Part shown: piece by piece, positions 58,196-64,000 of the stretch
Position numbering within the stretch: position 1 is the stretch's first letter
Layout: each line of letters begins with the position of its first letter
DNA from: Mya arenaria
Lineage: Eukaryota
Assembly (NCBI RefSeq): GCF_026914265.1
Contig: NC_069127.1
Span: 1,681,682 to 1,745,681, forward strand
Length of the DNA stretch: 64,000 nt
Direction of reading: 5' to 3'
Translations under genes and position numbers: made by a program
Notes under the pieces: generated by a model
What the model saw: the letters and a program-made list of their open reading frames with translations, nothing else
Database searches by the model: none
Told to the model about the DNA's origin: nothing

Positions 58196-61086
58196 CTATT
58201 TGAAATACACATGTTTGTGTATTTTCAACAGATTAACTTTAACTTTGCTGAGTTCCTGTGTATTGAATTTAAAATGACCTCTTTCATTGACAAGTTCAGG
58301 AGCTTCTAGCTTTGAAATGATATGTTCTGTTGGCTCCTGAGAAACGTCTGACTTCTCAGGCCACACATATGCGTTTCCAGCTTTCTTCATATATTTAAGC
58401 CCATATTCTGTTTCAGATTTACTTGTAATTTCAGCAACGTAAACACTTATGGGTCCTTTTCTCGGTTTGAGCCCAACGGTAACAAAATCACCAGGTTGAA
58501 AGGCTGTATCTTGTTGGGATGTTGTTGCTGCTGTCTCTTCTATTTTTCTCCTCTTGGCTTTTGGTTGCTTGGTCTCCGATTTTCTTTTCAAAGTTATTTG
58601 TTTCTGTCCTTTTGTTTGTTCTTTGCAGGTTGCTTTAGGCTGCTCCTTGTTAGATGGTTGTTTCTTCTTTACATTTAGTTTTTCTTGGACTTTACTAATA
58701 ACATCAAGGTTTCTTTTTCCCCACTTATTAACTATGTCTACATTCTCACATTTTGATGTTACACCATTCACACAAGCATCACAGTAACAACTAAGTTTCC
58801 TTGAGTTCAGCTCATAGTCTTTACCAACAGACTTAACAGAGTGCAGCTTCCGTGTTCCAGTTAATGTTTGTGAATTTGTTTCTGGTCGGTTTCTATTCAC
58901 ATTTTCAACAAATACAAATTCTCTTCTCGACAGAGTGCTTTTTACAGTGTCCACTACTTCCATATTCAGAGTTTCTTGACAAAATTGGTAAACGTCTTCA
59001 GCATTACCAAGAACTTTCCTGTTACTTATTACAGCACGATAACAAGCATTCTTTACAGTTGCACCCAACCCATCACAGACATTCTTTCCATGAGACGTTT
59101 CAAAGTAGTTTCGAGTCATTTTGGGCTGCTTTCTGAGACTGATATCAGCAAACGCCTTTTTCCCCTTGTACTGGGCTGCACACCCATCAGTCCACTCGTG
59201 GAGTTCACCAATCTTCACCCCTCTGCTTTCTAGTAATTTAATGGCTTGATTCTCGAAGACAATTGCTAAATCCGCATCATGTTTGGTTTCTTCACTTACT
59301 CCAATGATGGCATGTTTTACTGTAACATCTTTGTCATCAAGACTTTCTTTATAGTAGCACATCATTGGATGTACAGTTGCCTGGTTTCTATCAAAGAACC
59401 CTGACTGCACTTCACTTTGGAAGACACATGCATAGTTCTCACTGAAATCCATTACCATGGCTACAGATCCCTTTGTTAATTTCTCTACACATACACCCAT
59501 TTGTTTCTGTTGCCAGGATGCTCTAAATGCATGCTCTGGGTACACCATCATGTCTTTCTCTAAAGCTGTCAAAAACACTTTGAAATCAGCTTCTTTGGGC
59601 ACACAAGAAACGCAGCGCTTTACTTTGTCATATTTCTTTATTTCAATGCTTTCCCATTGATACCATGACACCATCCCATCTCTGTTCATTTCTTCCATAG
59701 TCGCCAAATACTTTTGAAGGCCTTGTACTCCACATTTTTCACAATTTCTTGACACACATTTTAAAGATGGCTCTTGTTCATAGCTGCAGAATGTTGCATC
59801 ACTCAGACTCTTCTTATCAATCTTAATGTCTTCTGTCATGTCAGTCTCTTTTACAACTCGTTTCAATGTTGTAAGTGCTTCTACTTTCAGGGCTACATTA
59901 CAACAAGTCTGGCACAGGCATGACCGTCTGCTTGTCTCGGACACTTTCTTTACATTAACTGGTTTTAGTTTGCTGAATGATGTAAGTCCTATTTTATGAT
60001 TGGGGTTTCTTGTTTTGTATAACTTGTGTGTTTCTTCTAGTGTCATTGTCATCACATGTTTCTGTAGTGTTTCTTTCATACCAGTCTGAGTTTTGATTCT
60101 AACAACATCGCGTTTGGATGGCACCTCTCTACTAATTTCAGCACTCAGGTAGAACTCTTTCACTGATTGTTTCACATGATCACTTATCACATCACATCTT
60201 GTTTTTCTCTGTTTCTTTTTCCACCATTCATTTCTCATCTTCATTGTCTTGTAAGACACATTGAAATATTTACTAACTGTGATTTTTTGTATTTCCTTAG
60301 TACTGATTCACGTATTACATCATATGCATGTTTCTTTTCTCTGTCTTTTCGAACACCAATGTTTACTTCGGAAATACTTTCTTTCAAGGAATTCACTATA
60401 GCATCTGCTACTTCAAGTTTCTTCTTACAAGCTGGTGTCATTGTTACTCCTTGGTCAGAAAGTACTTTGGATGTTGAAGGTGACTCAATAAGCTTCTTTA
60501 AAATGGCGGCTTTCTTCTTTGGTGTCCTAGGCAGAATGCCTTTCACCATTTGCGCTCATCTGTATATTGTTGCACGGGATAAGTTACTTTTGTTCTGTCT
60601 GCTTTCTCCATGACTGTCATTTTCATCAACTGTGTTAACAATTGGAATTGTAGGAGACTTAAGTTTAATTCGCATTCTCCAGGCTTGTGTTCGCTTCACA
60701 GCTTTTTTCTTTTTTTTCTTCCAGAGCCGGTTTCTTACTCTTTTTAACACCAGGATCTTCAGAAGAACATGTTGTTTTCATCTTTTTTCTCTGTCTGTAT
60801 CTTTTCATTTCTTCAGCTTTTTTCTTTCTTAAGGAGGGTTTTAATTCAGGATCTGAATTGGCCATGAGTTTCACTTTCATTCGAGCTTCCTTCTTTCTTT
60901 CTGTGTCTTTCTTTTTGATTTCAGAATATTTTGTGGAGTTTTCTGTTTTCTGACGCATTCTCCATGCCTTGACTTTCAGCCTGTTTTTCTCCTTTTGCTT
61001 CTTTTCTATGTCTTCATTCTTTTCAGCATTCATTTCAGCATTTTTTTCAAGTTTCCGGGATCGCAGTGATGATTTTCGGCTCTCTT
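58196..61086 (-). pseudogene. transposase-like TE gene, main ORF 687 aa (58196..60259) preceded by Lys/Glu-rich N-terminal region; interrupted by two +1/-1 frameshifts (about 60700 in an A8/A6 run; about 60260) and one in-frame TGA (60556-58)
   Basis: Motifs: Cys clusters (CLCQTCC, CVSRNCEKC); MVMDFSENY; HEWTDGCAAQYKGKKAF; SHGKNVCDGLGATVKN. These would be compatible with an RNase-H-fold DD(E/D) catalytic core if the first, second and third acidic residues sit there, but the family is not recognised. The KAWRMRQK / QAWRMRIK motif repeats across the first frameshift. Confidence 0.5.
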
Positions 61087-61722
61087 CTGTAAAAAGACAT
61101 TCTGAATATTAATTAACCTTAAACGGTTGGGTTCAATGTATACCTTAGAATATTAATATATATGGTATATAAATCTTCATATAAAGACAGGTTTTGTGAA
61201 AAGAAAAACCTCAAAAGGTATAAATGTCCCTATATGGTTCAATTGTATTGTTTCTGTTCATAAAAATGTTTTTGAACATACTTACAGTAGACTTAGAAAC
61301 AAGTGGCCGTATTTTGTAGAGTCTGTAACCTGAGTACAAGTACAAATCAAATATTACTTAAGCTTCAATTCTGTACATTTAACAAGTATCCACTGTGTCT
61401 GTGATCTGTATATTATAACACTGATTGTATTCATTGGCATACACGCCAATCTTTATGTAAAAATATTTCATCTCGGCTCCGTAATAGGCTCCACAAAATG
61501 AAATTGTGTGTCATACTGTCATAGGATTTCCATTAAACAACCTGTTAAGACCATTTTAGTTTGTTATATGTTGGGCATGGCAATTTCAACAAATTAGCAT
61601 CACAACATGTGCATTTCATGTGGACAATTGCATTAATTCAGGGCATCATGTACAGACATATGGTTTTGGTTACGGACCCTACGTAACATAGCATGGAATG
61701 TTTAGATAAGGATAATACATAC

Positions 61723-61762
61723 CTAGAGCATCACTGGAACCAACACCTTTAGTGTTTTCCAT
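61723..61762 (-). CDS. exon 1 of the TE gene (MENTKGVGSSDAL)
   Basis: ATG at 61762..61760. Donor G|GTATGT at 61722-21. A 636-bp intron with acceptor ctttttacag places the next exon at 61086 in phase 1, exactly in frame with ORF 60665..61033. Confidence 0.5.
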
Positions 61763-63129
61763 TTGAAAGGACTTCTTGCTGGAATCTGACCGACTATTAC
61801 CCAAAATAAGCCATTTTCTTAGCTGATTCCATCATTACAGCTGGACTGTTGTATTTCTTAGAAAGGCGGTTTTTTGGATGATGCAATAATTCATCACAAA
61901 TATTGTTGCATCAGCCGTTTTATTGGTATTTTCCAATAGTTAAAAGATGATGCAATATTGCACAATAAAAAAATTGCTTTTACCATTAAAAAATATAAGG
62001 AAATATGCTATTGAAAACAATGGAAATTTCAAATCAAAATTTGAAGGCAGATTTTGTAGTGTCCGTAACATTAAATATGTAAAAAAATGCAACTTAAAAT
62101 CAAAATATTCCAAAAATATTTCAGCCATTAAACATACTCATACAGAGGTTTTTATTTGTGGAATGCCACATTTCTGTCATTAATACATATGTAGATACAA
62201 ACCCATGGTTACGGACCCTGCAGATTTTTTAACCCTGAAAATCTTACAGGTGAACCTCCTTCTTTTTAAGAATGTGAATCATGAATGCCCAAAGCAACAA
62301 AAAATTGGAAGTTTGATTAATAATCAGTCTTACAAAACAGTTATCACTTGTAAATGGGTGAATTTTCAATGTTTTTCATGCATATAACAAGGGATACTTA
62401 TTGTGATTTTGAAAAATTGGCAAAAGCACCACTTTATGTTAATAAGTCATATTTCTGTAATAATTTGTCTATTTTCTTGATTTACCCACCAAAATTTAGC
62501 ACTTGAAATTTTCTATAAGCTGAGGTAATGCATTTTTTCCAAATCATCATGCAAAGTAGATATATAACAGTTTGAATATATAAAAAAATCAAATGAGACA
62601 GCATAACGCTTGAAAATGGCCATTTTTGGGATATGTTTTTTGCTGTTACTCGAATACAAATTGATATTTTCACTTGAAATTTGGAGGCCAGCAGGAGTGG
62701 ACTAGGTTACATGCTTTGGCTGCAAAGAATTAAGTTTGAAATTACACACTTTCCTTCAATCTATGTATAACAACCAAAAAATATAAAATGGACAAATATG
62801 TCAACTTTCTCGGATATGTGATGTATCACCTTAACCGCTAAATGCGAAAGTAACGGCACGTGAGAGTTGTGATCTTCGTCTTTGATAGATATAGATCAAA
62901 GACAAGAGTAATTATTAAACGATATTATAGAACTAATATATTGGATAGTGGTTACTTACAGTAAAAAACACACCAGTATATTGCATCTCAACTGATTCAG
63001 ATATTAGATCTAATGTTATATAAGAGATCTCGACTAAAACGGATTAAATGATACTAATGCAAGTAAATAAAACATAAAAACGTTAAAATAGAATCATCGG
63101 ACACAAGCAACTACTGTATTAATATTAAG

Positions 63130-64000
63130 ATACTTGATTGAATTTATTTCTTTACACTTTTTTTCCCAAATACTGGATTTCACTTGTCAAAATGTGGATT
63201 TCACTTCGCTTTCAGATCTATTTTCAATATATTTATCTAACTTCTTCATTTTTTAACCAATTCCATTTAAATTTTTAAATATAAACCGATGATAATGCCT
63301 TTTCAATTATTTGTTCAACATTTTTTTTTTCAAAATAAATGAGTTATGAGTGGATTTCACGTCTGGAAAAGTGGATTTCACTTGTCAAAATGTGGATTTA
63401 TCTACGCTTTCAGATCAATTTTAAATATATTTATCAAACTTCTTCATTTTTGGACCAATTCCATTTAAATTTTAAATATAAACCGATAATAATGCCTTTT
63501 CAATTATTTGTTCAACAAAAAAATAATTTGTTAAAAATAAATGAGTTATGAGTGGATTTCACGTCTGAAAAAGTGGATTTCACTTGTAAAAATGTGGATT
63601 TCACTTCGATTTCCGATCTTTTTTCAAAATAGGTCTACAACTTTCTTATTTTTGGATCAATTTGGATAAAATTTGAAATATAAACCCATTATGAAGCCCT
63701 TTCAATTATTTGTTCTATAGAAAAAATAATTTGTTAAAAATAAATGAGTTATGAGTGGATTTCACGTCTGAAAAAGTGGATTTCACTTGTCAAAATGTGG
63801 ATTTCACCTCGATTTCCGAAAAATTGCTCTAACTTCTTCATTTCTTGATATATTTCAATAAAATTTTAAATATAAACCCTTCATTAGGCACTTCCCAAAA
63901 TGTATACAAAAATAAAAATTACTAATTAATAAAACCGAGTTAAGAGTGGATTTCACTTCTCGAAAACTGGATTTCACCTCGATTTCCGATCTATTTTCGA
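63130..64000 (-). repeat. right subterminal tandem array (same ~190-200-bp unit in inverted orientation; truncated by the window end)
   Basis: AATGAGTTATGAGTGGATTTCAC recurs at about 63340, 63550, 63750 and 63940. It is the reverse-complement of the left array unit. Confidence 0.85.

Larger units (their letters stand above)
55578..64000. mobile_element. putative large DNA-transposon-like unit: inverted subterminal tandem-repeat arrays flanking a ~6.7 kb core with a minus-strand transposase-like gene and a PHD-finger exon; right boundary beyond the window
   Basis: Inverted arrangement of the two satellite arrays. The core carries an intron-containing, frameshifted ORF of TE type. True termini, TIRs and TSD are not identified. 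Superfamily not assigned. Confidence 0.45.

Overview
Eukaryotic (metazoan, probably invertebrate) genomic window, AT-rich, intron-rich and heavily loaded with tandem repeats and small non-autonomous transposons. Nothing prokaryotic is present (no operons, no CRISPR). The dominant feature is a ~25 kb, roughly 30-exon gene on the + strand (24285 to at least 49427) encoding a PARP4 / vault-PARP orthologue. Exon by exon I can read BRCT, PARP regulatory helical, PARP catalytic (H-Y-E residues present), VIT and vWA domains, and some exon sequences agree closely with my recollection of human PARP4 (e.g. STSVKYS vs STSIKYS; AAVCGFEAFINGKHI and GHGAYLM identical). Unusually, the last two coding exons (47584..47687 and 49251..49427) encode a ubiquitin-like domain that is spliced in frame to the PARP4 body. 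Its stop codon overlaps a consensus GTGAGT donor, and five phase-consistent downstream exons (52291 to 55337) encode a basic NLS-like patch, acidic stretches and RNA-Pol-II-CTD-like YSLTSPA heptads. Many PARP4 introns contain minisatellites that are seeded from the adjacent exon boundary and include copies of the splice site. Upstream genes: a small 2-exon PAN/apple-domain secreted protein (5241..6187, +); the last two exons of an SRCR-domain gene (9411..10165, +); and a tentative 61-aa 2-exon gene on the - strand (627..1587). A 3.8 kb 55-bp-unit satellite (13000..16790) and a 1.8 kb 30-bp minisatellite (20000..21780) lie between these genes and PARP4. Several MITEs are recognisable by TIR and TSD: a Harbinger/Tourist-like element with TTA TSD, Tc1/mariner-like elements with TA TSD, and a hAT-like element with an Ac-like TIR (TAGGGATGCAAAC) and an 8-bp TSD. 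The 3' end of the window (55578 to the window end) is a large transposon-like unit. Two inverted arrays of a ~190-bp tandem repeat flank a ~6.7 kb core that carries a minus-strand, intron-containing, frameshifted transposase-like gene (687-aa main ORF with a DFSENY motif) and a PHD-type zinc-finger exon. All coordinates were read by eye from the sequence (no tools) and may be off by a few bp. Family assignments are from motif recognition, not searches.
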